Assembly: GCA_043817645.1 (NCBI GenBank)
Contig: JBDRGP010000034.1
Coordinates: 15,020-79,019 of the forward strand
Reading direction: 5' to 3'
DNA length: 64,000 nt
Source: Candidatus Woesearchaeota archaeon
GTDB lineage: Archaea; Nanobdellota; Nanobdellia; SCGC-AAA011-G17; JACPIM01
A program made the position numbers and the translations under genes. Below the pieces are notes generated by a model. That model was not told the DNA's origin. It saw only the letters and a list, made by a program, of their open reading frames with translations, and searched no databases. Position 1 is the first letter of the stretch. Each line of letters begins with the position of its first letter. This document shows, piece after piece, positions 46,914 to 57,549 of this stretch.

Positions 46914-47751
46914 AGTAGAAAAACTTATAAGCTTGTTTATAAAGCGGCTTTCCAGTAAATACCCATTTAAAGAAGCTCGCGACCTTCTCCAAAAACGTCA
47001 GTTCGTCCTTCTCAGGCTCTAAAACAATAATCTCCTCCTCTACCTCTTCCACAACCCCACATTTGCCATAAGTCATACAGTCTAAACCTTCTGGACACCC
47101 ACAAAGACTACAAACCTCTTTTAGCTCTCCTTGAAAACAATAATTCGGCCTATTATTTGAACAAGAACCATAAACAGTACCCTCACTACACCTTCTTGTC
47201 AAACAACTACCATCCGGCTGACATAGCCCCTCAGCATCACAGCCACACTTCTGGCAATTATCTTTTAAAACACCACTATCACAATACAGAGGTTTATTTC
47301 TAGAACACTCGAAATAATCAGTACCATCAGAACAAACCTTCTCCTCAGTATTCAAAAAAAATCTATTTGCATCACTAATTTTGCTTCCAAACTCATTAAC
47401 TACCTGTACTCTCCACCAATACTCGCCACCTTCATCCAATCTTATCTTAAAACTCTCTCCTTGAACCTTATAATTTACTGGAGAAAAAAACCCTCTATGA
47501 TCATCTATCTGAACAATAGAATATTCTAACTCATCACCTTCAGCATCAAAATAATTCCAAACAAAAGTAACAGGATTATTTACAGCCCCACTATCTCTGG
47601 GCGCATTTAAAGTCACGCTTGGTTCTCTATTGTTAGTAGCATAACCCGTCATAAAATTATTAAAAGTTTCAGCAAAAGAAAATGCAGACACCAGAGTCAT
47701 ACCTAACAGAAATACTGTAAAAAACACAAATACTTTTTTCTCAATCACCAC
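46900..47751 (-). CDS. secreted protein: FN3/Ig-like beta domain followed by duplicated Cys-rich module
   Basis: 283 aa with signal peptide and a beta-rich region (EYWWRVQVVNEFG), then two similar Cys modules (CSDGTDYFECSRNKPLYCDSG...CQKCGC / CSEGTVYGSCSNNRPNYCFQG...CSLCGC). Confidence 0.45.
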   Translation of the reverse strand: MVIEKKVFVFFTVFLLGMTLVSAFSFAETFNNFMTGYATNNREPSVTLNAPRDSGAVNNPVTFVWNYFDAEGDELEYSIVQIDDHRGFFSPVNYKVQGESFKIRLDEGGEYWWRVQVVNEFGSKISDANRFFLNTEEKVCSDGTDYFECSRNKPLYCDSGVLKDNCQKCGCDAEGLCQPDGSCLTRRCSEGTVYGSCSNNRPNYCFQGELKEVCSLCGCPEGLDCMTYGKCGVVEEVEEEIIVLEPEKDELTFLEKVASFFKWVFTGKPLYKQAYKFFYFVYK

Positions 47752-47778
47752 TTTATTTTTAAAAACAAATCAATTTAT

Positions 47779-50595
47779 TTAAACCTTTTGGAAGCTAATT
47801 TCAAAACTTTTACCCTTTATTTTCTCAACACTATTAGCCCTATATTTTTTCTCATTAAAACCTACTTGTTTAGCCCCAACTTTCTCTATAATCTCCTTTC
47901 TAAATAAACCCAAATCAAAATCAGAAGCAATATTCAATAAAATTCTATCTTTAACATTCAATCCTTCTTTCTTCCTTAAAGCCTGAACCCTCCTTAAAAC
48001 CTCTCTCAAATAACCCTCTCTTTCCAATTCTTTTGTTATTTTTGTATCTAACTTAACTGAAAAATTTCCTTTCTTGAATTCAACTTTCTTAACATTAACT
48101 TGTTTCATAACTATCTCCATAAATTCCTTCAAATTTTCTTCAGTACTAACTTCTAATTTAGGCAAAGGCCACCTGACCCCATAACCAGATTTCTCTCTCT
48201 GCGCTAAAGCTTCTTTCACAACTTGAAAAACCAAATCGAACTTATCTTCCAGTTTTTTATCAATCAATTTTTTATCAAACTTAGGCCATTCAAACATATG
48301 GATACTTTCTTCTTTCAGTTTATATTTTTCCTTCAAATCCAAATAAATTTTCTCAGTGATAAAGGGACAAGTAATTGAAAACATTTTCAAACTTTCAAAT
48401 AAAACCTTAAAAATAATTTCATAAACCTCTTTCTCACCAACCCTGGCCCTAACTAATTGAATATACTTTCTACTTAAATCCAAATACAACCCCTCAACCA
48501 AAATGGGAACCGGATCCAACTCATAATTCTCCATTAACTCAGTAACTTTTTCAACAGTAGAATTCAACCTTGAAAGAATATATCTATCCTCTACCTCTTT
48601 AGACTTAACTCTAAAACTTAACTTATCTGCATAATTCATCAAATAACTTCCAATATTACAAAGTATTACCAGGTTTCTATTCCTCTGTTTAATTTCATCC
48701 CAAGAAAAATTCATATCTTCTCCAGCATTCTGTGTAGAAGTATAGTATCTCAAGGTATCAATACCATACTTATCAACTATATCATAAGGGCTTATAATAT
48801 TTCCAAGAGATTTAGACATCTTAACGCCTTCAACATCCCTTAACATGCCGTGCATATACACATTCTTAAAAGAGGGTTTACCAAAAGCAACAGCAGAAGC
48901 TAAGTGCAGCATATAAAACCATAATCTTGTATGTTCAGTTCCTTCTAAAACCAAATCCGCAGGCCACAATTTGTCCATCAAATCTTTTCTTTGTGGAAAA
49001 TACAAACAAGTCCATGAAGTTATTCCAGAATCTATCCAAACATCCAACACATCACTAATTCTTTCCTTTTTAGAACCACATTTGCAAGGTAATTCTACTT
49101 TGTCAATCCAGGGCCTATGCAAATCCTCAGGAACCTTACCTCCCAATTTCTTCAATTCATCAGCACTTCCAACCACAACATAATCTCCACACTCCTTACA
49201 TTTCCACAAAGGCACAGGAGCTCCCCAATATCTCTGCCTAGTAATAGAATTGTCTTTCACATTAGAAATCCAGGCATTAAAAGAAGCCTCCCCATCCTTA
49301 GGAACCCATTTGATCTTAGGAATTTCCTCAACCATCTTAGGAACCAAATCTTCCACTTTCAAAAACCACTGTTTCGTAGCTCTATAAATCACAGGACTTC
49401 TACATCTCCAACAATGGGCATAATCGTGCTCCACTTCAGTTTTAGCAATTAATTTTCCTGTATCAACCAAAGCACCCATAAACTTTTCACTATCTTTTTT
49501 AGCATTCCACCCAGAGAATTTTCCCATATCTTCAGCATAATCGCCATTCTCCTTCAAATTATTAAAAGCAGGAATTCCATTTCTTCTACCAACCTCAAAA
49601 TCTTCTGGTCCGCAACCAGGAGCCATATGCACCAATCCAGTACCAGCACTCAAATCTACATATTCCTCAGAAAGAACAACAGTAAAGGCCTTCTTAGACT
49701 CCTTCATTATTTTATCATACTTCTCTTTCAATTCCTTATAATACAAGGGCTCATATCTTAACCCTTCTAATTTATTACCTTTAAACTCATCAATAATTTT
49801 TAATTTCTCATCAACAACACCCTGAATAAACGCACCAGCCAAACCTTTTGCAACAACCCAAACTTCATCTTTAACTTTCACTCTAACATAATCCAAATCA
49901 GGATGTACCATAACACCCAGATTAAAACAAAGAGTCCAAGGAGTAGTTGTCCAAATTATCAGGTATTCATTTTCAGTATCTTTAACCTTGAACTTAACAA
50001 AAACAGAATCTTCCAAAACATTCTCATATTCAAGTTCATGTTTGGCTAAAGAAGTTTCACAAGAATAACACCAAGTTACAGTTTTCAAACCCTCATAAAT
50101 TCTTCCAGCGTCATGAGCTTTTTTAATAAACCACCATTCTCCCTCAATAAAATCATTTTCTATAGGCATATACGCGTGTTCATGATCCATCCAAACACCA
50201 AAATTCACCAAATCCCTACTCATCTGCTGAGCCATATCAAAAGAGAATTTTTTACATTTGCTAACAAATTTATCAATCCCGTATTTTTCAATTTCTTTCT
50301 TATCCTTCAATCCAAGAGTTTTCTGTACCTTATTCTCCGTTGGCAACCCATGCATATCATAACCATTTCTATCCCAAACATTAAACCTATTCATTCGTTT
50401 ATATCTCAAAATCTGGTCTTTCAAAGCATGATTCCACGCGTGCCCAATATGCAATCTTCCAGACGTATACGGTGGCCCCTGTAAAAAGTAAAATGACTTA
50501 CCCTTAGAATTTCTTTTCTTTATCTTCTCATAAATCTTCTTATTTTCCCAATACTTCAAAATCTCCTTTTCAACATTCTTAAACTCATATACCAT
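47779..50595 (-). CDS. ileS: isoleucyl-tRNA synthetase
   Basis: 938 aa class I aaRS: HIGH (PPYTSGRLHIGHAW), KMSKS (VKMSKSLGN), and the IleRS-type HCWRCRSPVIYRATKQWF editing/zinc block. Confidence 0.8.
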   Translation of the reverse strand: MVYEFKNVEKEILKYWENKKIYEKIKKRNSKGKSFYFLQGPPYTSGRLHIGHAWNHALKDQILRYKRMNRFNVWDRNGYDMHGLPTENKVQKTLGLKDKKEIEKYGIDKFVSKCKKFSFDMAQQMSRDLVNFGVWMDHEHAYMPIENDFIEGEWWFIKKAHDAGRIYEGLKTVTWCYSCETSLAKHELEYENVLEDSVFVKFKVKDTENEYLIIWTTTPWTLCFNLGVMVHPDLDYVRVKVKDEVWVVAKGLAGAFIQGVVDEKLKIIDEFKGNKLEGLRYEPLYYKELKEKYDKIMKESKKAFTVVLSEEYVDLSAGTGLVHMAPGCGPEDFEVGRRNGIPAFNNLKENGDYAEDMGKFSGWNAKKDSEKFMGALVDTGKLIAKTEVEHDYAHCWRCRSPVIYRATKQWFLKVEDLVPKMVEEIPKIKWVPKDGEASFNAWISNVKDNSITRQRYWGAPVPLWKCKECGDYVVVGSADELKKLGGKVPEDLHRPWIDKVELPCKCGSKKERISDVLDVWIDSGITSWTCLYFPQRKDLMDKLWPADLVLEGTEHTRLWFYMLHLASAVAFGKPSFKNVYMHGMLRDVEGVKMSKSLGNIISPYDIVDKYGIDTLRYYTSTQNAGEDMNFSWDEIKQRNRNLVILCNIGSYLMNYADKLSFRVKSKEVEDRYILSRLNSTVEKVTELMENYELDPVPILVEGLYLDLSRKYIQLVRARVGEKEVYEIIFKVLFESLKMFSITCPFITEKIYLDLKEKYKLKEESIHMFEWPKFDKKLIDKKLEDKFDLVFQVVKEALAQREKSGYGVRWPLPKLEVSTEENLKEFMEIVMKQVNVKKVEFKKGNFSVKLDTKITKELEREGYLREVLRRVQALRKKEGLNVKDRILLNIASDFDLGLFRKEIIEKVGAKQVGFNEKKYRANSVEKIKGKSFEISFQKV

Positions 50596-50777
50596 TTATA
50601 TACACCCTCACAGACATATATTTAATACTTATCATAGTTTTAAAGACCCAGAAAATCAGGCCTCTCCTAAATAATAATAACTATTAAAATTCCAATAGCC
50701 TCTAAAAAAATAGGCAAATTCATAAGAAAAATCACAATAAAACAGGTTTATAAACTTTATCCACCTAAATACTAAGT

Positions 50778-51563
50778 ATGAAAAAAGATCCTCTCGGGTA
50801 TAGAAGTCGGGGCCTCAAACGTATGGAAAAGAGATTTGGTAATAATTTAATTAAAAAATTCATCAAATCACGTATAAACAACCAAAAGACCGTTAGAATT
50901 CTTGAAATTGGTTTTGGCGAAGGAAAATGTTTATTAGATTTAAATCACCTTTTTAAAAACAAAATTGAATTACACGGTATAAGTGAAAAAAAGACCCTTA
51001 GTATGTCCAACCAAAGAGATTTTATAAAAAATGCTAAAAAATTTAGGATTCCTATCTCACGGCCTCTTCCAAGGCCCCATTTTTATGATATCGGAGAGGG
51101 CATAAAATTTAAGCGAAACTTTTTTGACATAGTCCTAAGTCAAGCCGCTTTTCATTATATAGGAAATAAGGCAAAACTAATTGAAGAAATTTGGAGAGTT
51201 TTAAAACCCAGGGGTCGAGCATTCATTCATTTTGACATAAAGTTTGAAGAAAATTATCCAGACTTCATGAAAACCAATCCAGAAACTCCAAGATTTATAA
51301 TCTACAAAAAAAACAAAGTAATAAAATTTAGCCAATATATTAAAAAATATAACAAAAAATACAATATTAGACTTACAAAAGCCAAAAACAATCCAGACCA
51401 ATATAACCTACTTATAAACAAAAATAGAATCAGCCCACTAAATTTAAAATTAGAATATGACGGAAATTCTACAATTTACCTAACTAAGCTTAAGGGGACA
51501 GATAGATACAAAAAAGACAGCTCTGCATGGTGGGGTACACGAAGCGTGTTCAACACCAAATAA
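50778..51563 (+). CDS. SAM-dependent methyltransferase-like protein
   Basis: 261 aa; ILEIGFGEGKCLLDL glycine-rich motif I and VLKPRGRAFIHF. Confidence 0.45.
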   Translation: MKKDPLGYRSRGLKRMEKRFGNNLIKKFIKSRINNQKTVRILEIGFGEGKCLLDLNHLFKNKIELHGISEKKTLSMSNQRDFIKNAKKFRIPISRPLPRPHFYDIGEGIKFKRNFFDIVLSQAAFHYIGNKAKLIEEIWRVLKPRGRAFIHFDIKFEENYPDFMKTNPETPRFIIYKKNKVIKFSQYIKKYNKKYNIRLTKAKNNPDQYNLLINKNRISPLNLKLEYDGNSTIYLTKLKGTDRYKKDSSAWWGTRSVFNTK

Positions 51564-51564
51564 T

Positions 51565-53067
51565 ATGCCCCAAATCAGATTTACCCTAAGAGAATATCAG
51601 AAAAACATAGTAGAGACAGCAAAGAATAAGAATACTCTAGTAGTACTTCCAACAGGCCTGGGAAAAACCAAAATCGCAATAGCTCTGGCAATAGAAAGAC
51701 TAAACAAATTTCCAGAATCTCAAATTCTAATGTGCTCCCCAACAAGACCATTATCAAATCAAATAAAAAATGAATTTCTAGATTCCACAAGCATAGATGA
51801 ATCCAAAATAATTTTACTCACCGGAATGATCTCTCCTAAAAAAAGGACAGATCTTTATAAAAAATCAAAAATAATAGTAGCAACGCCCCAAACAATAGCA
51901 AAAGATTTAGAAAATAAAAGAATAAACTTAGAAAATTTCTCACTACTTGTTTTAGATGAAGCACATCGTAGTAGAATGAAGTATGCAAACACAATAGTGA
52001 CCCAAAGTTACATGAAACAATCTCAATTTCCAAGAATTCTGGCATTAACAGCATCGCCCGGTTCGACAAAAGAAAAAATAAATGAAATAAAAGAAAATCT
52101 TTTCATAGAAGCAATAGAACTAAGAGATGAAGAATCCAAAGACGTAAAGCAATACATCCAAAAAAAGAACATAGAACTTATAGAAGTGGAACTTCCAAAA
52201 GAATTTTTAGAGATTCATGCGTTATTATCAGAAGTCTACAAAAAAAGATTAAAACAACTTAAAGAATTCGGATTAACAAAACCACTCTCTATCATAAACA
52301 AAAGAGATTTACTAGATTTCCAAAATTACTTATTCTCAGAAGCAAAATCTGGAAATAGAGCTTCTTATTACGGAGTTTCATTAACAGCAGCAGCAATCAA
52401 ATTATCTCACGCACTAGAACTTTTAGAAACACAGGGGTTATCTTCATTTTCAAAATTCTTAAAAAAATTAGAAACAGAAACATCAAAAGCGTCCAAAAAC
52501 ATAAACCAAGAACCCCAAACAAAAAAAGCAAAACAATTATTAGAAAAACTTCAAGAAAAAGATTTAGATCATCCAAAACTAACTAAATTAGCTGAAATAA
52601 TAAAAACAGAATTAAAAAACAACATCAACTCAAAAATAATTATCTTCGCAAATTTCAGAGACACAGTAAAAAATATTGTAAAAGAGCTCGACAAAATTCC
52701 AGAAGCCTCCCCAGTAGAATTAATAGGTCAAAAAGAAGGAATAACCCAAAAAAAACAATTAGAAACAATAAAACAATTTGAAGAAGGGAAATATAACATA
52801 ATAGTGGGGACCCAAATAACAGAAGAGGGTTTGGACCTAAAGGGAGGGCTCTCAATAGCCATCTTTTTCGATCAAGCAGCCTCAGCAATCAGAAAAATCC
52901 AAAGAACTGGCCGTGTGGGAAGATTAGAAGCAGGAAAAATAATCCACTTAATAACAAAAGGAACAAGAGACCAAGGATATTTCTGGAAATCTCACAAAGA
53001 TGTAAAAAAAATGAAAAATATAATCTCTAGAATGAAAACTAAATTAGATAAACAAACTACACTTTAA
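51565..53067 (+). CDS. Hef/FANCM-like DEAH-box helicase (SF2), no fused nuclease domain
   Basis: 500 aa: Walker A LPTGLGKT, DEAH (LLVLDEAHRS), SAT-like TASPGS, and a helicase C motif VI (QRTGRVGR). Confidence 0.65.
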   Translation: MPQIRFTLREYQKNIVETAKNKNTLVVLPTGLGKTKIAIALAIERLNKFPESQILMCSPTRPLSNQIKNEFLDSTSIDESKIILLTGMISPKKRTDLYKKSKIIVATPQTIAKDLENKRINLENFSLLVLDEAHRSRMKYANTIVTQSYMKQSQFPRILALTASPGSTKEKINEIKENLFIEAIELRDEESKDVKQYIQKKNIELIEVELPKEFLEIHALLSEVYKKRLKQLKEFGLTKPLSIINKRDLLDFQNYLFSEAKSGNRASYYGVSLTAAAIKLSHALELLETQGLSSFSKFLKKLETETSKASKNINQEPQTKKAKQLLEKLQEKDLDHPKLTKLAEIIKTELKNNINSKIIIFANFRDTVKNIVKELDKIPEASPVELIGQKEGITQKKQLETIKQFEEGKYNIIVGTQITEEGLDLKGGLSIAIFFDQAASAIRKIQRTGRVGRLEAGKIIHLITKGTRDQGYFWKSHKDVKKMKNIISRMKTKLDKQTTL

Positions 53068-53076
53068 TCTATTTTA

Positions 53077-53685
53077 TTATTCTCTCTCCGCCAGTCTCTT
53101 CTGAAATTCTCTGACTCTCTCTTCAGCCCCCGCATCAATCTCGGCTTGCTCTCTCAACCTTTCTGCACGTTCTTCCTCTGTTTCTCCACTGTCCACTCTA
53201 AAAGTATTCAACTCTCTCCACTTAGCCTGTGCCTCTGCTTGCTTTTCCTCCAAACCAAGCATTCCATAAATCCTGCCTGCATAACTCAATGCTCTATTCA
53301 GTTGCTCTCTATGAAGTTGTCTCGGAAAATTTGCTGGAGGATTTACACTATATCTTAAATTCATGTCTGCCAAATTTTCAAGTGCTTTTTTCTGCTCATC
53401 GGTTCCTCTTTCAACAATTCCCTGAAAAATCCCTTCAGGCTCACAAAGACATGGACCTCGGTAATCTTCATAACCCTCTCTTGTGAGATAATGACACATC
53501 TTCCCAGGCTCGTACTCTGTAAACGGATAAACAGGGCACCACTTCCCCATCCAAGAAACCTGCGCACAGAAAGGTTCCACTAAGAAAGGCTTCTGCTCTT
53601 CTCTATCCCTTCCAAACGTTCTATCCGTGGCTGTTTCCCAAGCCCTTGACGTTGCATCCCAATCAATTTCTTGTTCATCCACCAT
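53077..53685 (-). CDS. hypothetical protein in locally GC-rich island (Cys/Trp-containing N-domain plus Glu/Ala/Arg-rich coiled coil)
   Basis: 202 aa, lysine-poor, unlike its neighbours. A hand count of one 60-nt stretch (53101-53160) gave 31 of 60 G+C, against roughly one third elsewhere. Confidence 0.4.
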   Translation of the reverse strand: MVDEQEIDWDATSRAWETATDRTFGRDREEQKPFLVEPFCAQVSWMGKWCPVYPFTEYEPGKMCHYLTREGYEDYRGPCLCEPEGIFQGIVERGTDEQKKALENLADMNLRYSVNPPANFPRQLHREQLNRALSYAGRIYGMLGLEEKQAEAQAKWRELNTFRVDSGETEEERAERLREQAEIDAGAEERVREFQKRLAERE

Positions 53686-53748
53686 AAACCTATCTAGAAC
53701 CCCGAGTATTTAAACCTTTCTATTTGTAACCACTGAAAAGAGACAATT

Positions 53749-54336
53749 TCATTTCAACCTCTTTTTCAAATCTCGAAGAAGCTGGGAATTATTCTTAAAT
53801 AAAATAATCTCCATCCCCAATTTTTTTGCTACATTCAAATTCTTCTGTCTATAATCTATGTAAATGCATTCTTTAGCCTTAACTCTCAATTTTCTTAATG
53901 CTCCCACATATATTTTTCTATTGCCGACTAAAACTCCAACCCTATATGTCAAAATGACTGGTCCATATTTTTTATAAAGAGCTTTCTCCACAGATAAGGA
54001 AGAGTACAGCGCTGTAGAGGTCCCTATCAAGAGTACCTTACAATTATCGCTCTTTAGTTTATCAATGTTCTTTAGAACCTCTTTATTAGTTTCTAATAAT
54101 CTGCCCCCGCGTTCATATTCTTCTTTCATGTATTTTTTTGTCACATTAAACTCTTTAGCCATATTCGTCAAGAGTCCATCTTTAGATATTTTCCCTTTTT
54201 TCTTGAAATATTTATTAATAAGTTTCTCCTCACTTTTCCAAAGTCCATCTTCAGCTTTCCTAATATAAAGTTCTTGAGCACCCTTATCAGAAAATTCATC
54301 AATCACGAGTTTTTTTAGTTCAGTTTTCATCTTCAA
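53749..54336 (-). CDS. HAD-like hydrolase candidate (weak)
   Basis: 195 aa; C-terminal [25 protein letters not shown] resembles HAD motif IV. The N-terminal DxD motif is not clear. Confidence 0.25.
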   Translation of the reverse strand: MKMKTELKKLVIDEFSDKGAQELYIRKAEDGLWKSEEKLINKYFKKKGKISKDGLLTNMAKEFNVTKKYMKEEYERGGRLLETNKEVLKNIDKLKSDNCKVLLIGTSTALYSSLSVEKALYKKYGPVILTYRVGVLVGNRKIYVGALRKLRVKAKECIYIDYRQKNLNVAKKLGMEIILFKNNSQLLRDLKKRLK

Positions 54337-56141
54337 CCCTTCCTATGATACTCCCTCCAAATTCTTTGAAAACTTTTATTCTTCATTAATCCCTTCAAAG
54401 TGCCCTCAGCAACAATTTTACCATCCCAAAAATAATAAATGTAATCAAAAAATTTCAACAAGTGCAATCTATGAATCGAAGAAATAATCGTTTTCTGAGA
54501 ATATTTTTTCAGTAAATCTTGATATATCCTTAATTCATTCTTACTATCCACACTACTTGTAGGCTCATCCAATAACAAAATATCACTTTTCTCACCAGCA
54601 AGCAAACCTCTAGCTAAAGCCAATCTCTGTTTTTCTCCACCGCTCAAATTAACACCCTTTTCAGAAATACTAGACCTTAATCCCTTAGGCAATCTTTTAA
54701 TTACAGGATCAAAAGCAGCAATCTTAGTTACATCCCCAACAGCAGAATCTGAAAATCTCAAACCCAAAGTAATATTGTTCTTAATAGTATTATTAAAAAT
54801 CTCTGGTTCTTGCGGTATCAAAGTCACATGTTCACTTAAATGTTTTAATCCAAACTCCATTTTTTTATCATCTACGTAAACATCAACAAATCTAGTATGA
54901 TACAACCCTCTCAACAAAGCCAATAAAGTACTCTTACCGCTTCCGCTTTCTCCTACAAAAGCGATCCTTTGTTTTCTTCTCAAAATCACATCAATGTTAT
55001 TCATATGGTGCCTTTTATGCTTTTTATCCTCATAACTAAAGTACAAACTCTTAATCTCAATTTTTTTCCAATTCACAGGAAGTTTAGGTTGTTTTTCAAC
55101 CAGAGGAACTTTTCCATAAGCTTGTTTTAAAGGATCCATAGCTACAACCGAAGCGTTTTGCTCAATCATATCCCCATAACGATAAGCAAATTCAAAAAAA
55201 GTATCACCAATTCTATCAACATACCTGTACAACATAAACAAAGTTCCAATTAACACAGTCCCGGTCGTAGTAATCTGATCATAAGAGTATAAAATCAACA
55301 CAACAACAATCATAGTTGTCACACCCATACTAGCAAAAAACCATTTTATCTCATTTAGCACAATATTTTTATGATACAACCTAAACGGCTTCAACATACG
55401 CACCAATACCTCCTTAGAAGCCATTTTCTTTAATCTCAAAGTAATTATAGTAACAATATTCGAAACAAAATCATGCACGGCAGAAGCTATAAAGTTCTCA
55501 TGTAAATAAAGTCGTTTATACTGTTTAGACAAAACATTATCGAACCTGTAAATAATAAAAATAGATACCGCACTAAAAACAATAGCTATTAAGGCAGATT
55601 TCAAATCAATAAAGGCAAGTATAATAAACGCCCCAGTTAATACAAGGATGGCTTGGATAGGCGCAAACAACAAGCCAGAGAATCTGCCCATTGCGCTTGC
55701 AGCACGATTAATCTTATCTATAGTATCTCCAGAATGATGATCTCTATGCCAGCCAGGGCTTAACTCCAAAACTTGATTAATTGCTTCTTTTTTATAGTTC
55801 AATTTTACATAAAAAGCATTTTTTCTTTCCAGAATCCTCCCAGTACCATGAAACCCCCAAAACCCAATCTGCAAGATTACTAGTAAACTTAAATGGAATA
55901 AGATAGTCCGAAATAGTGCCTTTCCGCCCTCAGACTCTTGGATAGCATTAAAGATTCTTCCGATAATATAAGGAGTTAAAAGCTCAATACCAACAGCAAT
56001 CGTAAACAATACAAAAACCAAAATAACCAAATGGCGTCTTCCGAGGCTATACTTCCAAGTAAGTCTAAACAGGTTTAATATAGGATTTGGCCCTTTTTTC
56101 TCTTCTGCCATATCAGTCTCTCCTTCCAGTTTTATTAACAA
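54333..56141 (-). CDS. ABC exporter, fused permease + ATP-binding domains
   Basis: 602 aa with 6 N-terminal TM helices; Walker [10 protein letters not shown], signature [13 protein letters not shown], Walker [10 protein letters not shown]. Confidence 0.8.
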   Translation of the reverse strand: MLIKLEGETDMAEEKKGPNPILNLFRLTWKYSLGRRHLVILVFVLFTIAVGIELLTPYIIGRIFNAIQESEGGKALFRTILFHLSLLVILQIGFWGFHGTGRILERKNAFYVKLNYKKEAINQVLELSPGWHRDHHSGDTIDKINRAASAMGRFSGLLFAPIQAILVLTGAFIILAFIDLKSALIAIVFSAVSIFIIYRFDNVLSKQYKRLYLHENFIASAVHDFVSNIVTIITLRLKKMASKEVLVRMLKPFRLYHKNIVLNEIKWFFASMGVTTMIVVVLILYSYDQITTTGTVLIGTLFMLYRYVDRIGDTFFEFAYRYGDMIEQNASVVAMDPLKQAYGKVPLVEKQPKLPVNWKKIEIKSLYFSYEDKKHKRHHMNNIDVILRRKQRIAFVGESGSGKSTLLALLRGLYHTRFVDVYVDDKKMEFGLKHLSEHVTLIPQEPEIFNNTIKNNITLGLRFSDSAVGDVTKIAAFDPVIKRLPKGLRSSISEKGVNLSGGEKQRLALARGLLAGEKSDILLLDEPTSSVDSKNELRIYQDLLKKYSQKTIISSIHRLHLLKFFDYIYYFWDGKIVAEGTLKGLMKNKSFQRIWREYHRKG

Positions 56142-56183
56142 AAAACAACAATTATAAATCTTCTTATCCTCTTCTAAAGCAAA

Positions 56184-56776
56184 ATGAGACTAATCCTAAC
56201 CAGACATGGAGAAACAGAAGAAAACAAAAAAGACATCATGCAAGGTTGGTTACCAGGACATCTAACCACAAATGGAAAAAACAAGCTAAAATTCTCGCAG
56301 AAAGATTAAAAGATATCAAAATTGATATTATCTTTACTAGCGACCTAAAAAGATTTGTTGAAACTGCAAAAGAAATTGCAAAATATCACTCAAAAACAAA
56401 ATTCATGAAAGAAAAACTATTGAGAAAGATGGGTAAAGGAATATTTGAAGGTAAAAAACGAAACGAGATAAACTGGGAATCGGTTCCTGGTGATTTTTTT
56501 GTTAAAAAGGCCGAGGGGGGCGAAAGTTTTACTGGACTATGGGACAGGCTAAAAAAATTCTATTCCTATTTATTAAAAACATATGATGTTGAAACTATTT
56601 TAATTGTAACGCATGGAGGGTCCTTGTGTTTCCTACAAGGACTGATTCTTCGCAAAGACATGAAAGAGTCTATCAAAATTAAAAATCAAAAAAATACAGC
56701 CATGTCTGAATTTGAAATAAACAAAAAAGGGAATTACAAAATTATCTGTCTTGATTGTGATAAACATCAAAAATGA
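56184..56776 (+). pseudogene. histidine phosphatase (phosphoglycerate-mutase family) split by a -1 frameshift in an A6 run (56276-56281); may be a sequencing error
   Basis: Frame 1: MRLILTRHGETEENKKDIMQGWLPGHLTTNGKNKLKFSQKD*. Frame +1 continues KQAKILAERLKDIKIDIIFTSDLKRFVETAKEI...VTHGGSLCFLQGL (the RHGE and HGG blocks of PGAM-like enzymes). One extra A would fuse the frames. Confidence 0.5.
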
Positions 56777-56892
56777 CAAAACTCCTCACAAAAAAAGAAT
56801 TTTTACTAAAGAAAATGTCAACCGGAGAATGGCACGTTTCCTTAAACCCCAGAAAAAAACAAGAGATTATAAGGTTTCTTGGACCATAAAAG

Positions 56893-57549
56893 ATGACGAA
56901 TATCATAATAGACCACAGAGAACCAAAATCACTAATCAAAGAACTAGCAAAAAATCACAAGATAGAAGTAAAACAACTAATCACAGCAGATATAATAATC
57001 CAAGGAAAAGATCCAGAAGGAAACGATTTGAACATAGGAATTGAAAGAAAAACAAAAAATGATTTCTTAAATTCAATTATAGACAAAAGAATAATCCAAC
57101 AATTAATTTACCTAAAAGAAAATTTCACAACAACTTTACTAATAATAGAGGGAACAGAAAACATTTACTCAATTAGAAAATTTCATCCAAACGCAATAAG
57201 AGGAATGCTTGCCTCAATAACCATTGATTTCCAAATACCAACATTACAAACAAGAAATTATAGAGACACCGCGGCATTGATAAACACAATAGCAACAAGG
57301 CTAGAAAAACCAAAAAAATTATTTCCTTTACTAAAAAAAAGAAAGCCTGCAACATTAAAAGAACAACAAGAATTAATAATAGAGTCTTTACCAACACTAG
57401 GACCAACATTAGCAAGATCCTTATTAAAAAAATTCAAAACAGTAAAAAAAGTAATAAACGCATCAGAAGAACATTTACAAAAAGTAAAAAAGATTGGAAA
57501 AAAGAAAGCTGAAGAAATAAAAAAAGTTATTGACTCTGAGTACGAGTAA
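56893..57549 (+). CDS. XPF/ERCC4-type structure-specific nuclease (short archaeal form) with C-terminal HhH2
   Basis: 218 aa: IIIDHREPKSLIKEL (D..RE), GIERKTKNDFLNSI (ERK block), C-terminal LPTLGPTLARSLLKKFKTVKKVINASEEHLQKVKKIGKKKAEEI (tandem HhH). Confidence 0.7.
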   Translation: MTNIIIDHREPKSLIKELAKNHKIEVKQLITADIIIQGKDPEGNDLNIGIERKTKNDFLNSIIDKRIIQQLIYLKENFTTTLLIIEGTENIYSIRKFHPNAIRGMLASITIDFQIPTLQTRNYRDTAALINTIATRLEKPKKLFPLLKKRKPATLKEQQELIIESLPTLGPTLARSLLKKFKTVKKVINASEEHLQKVKKIGKKKAEEIKKVIDSEYE

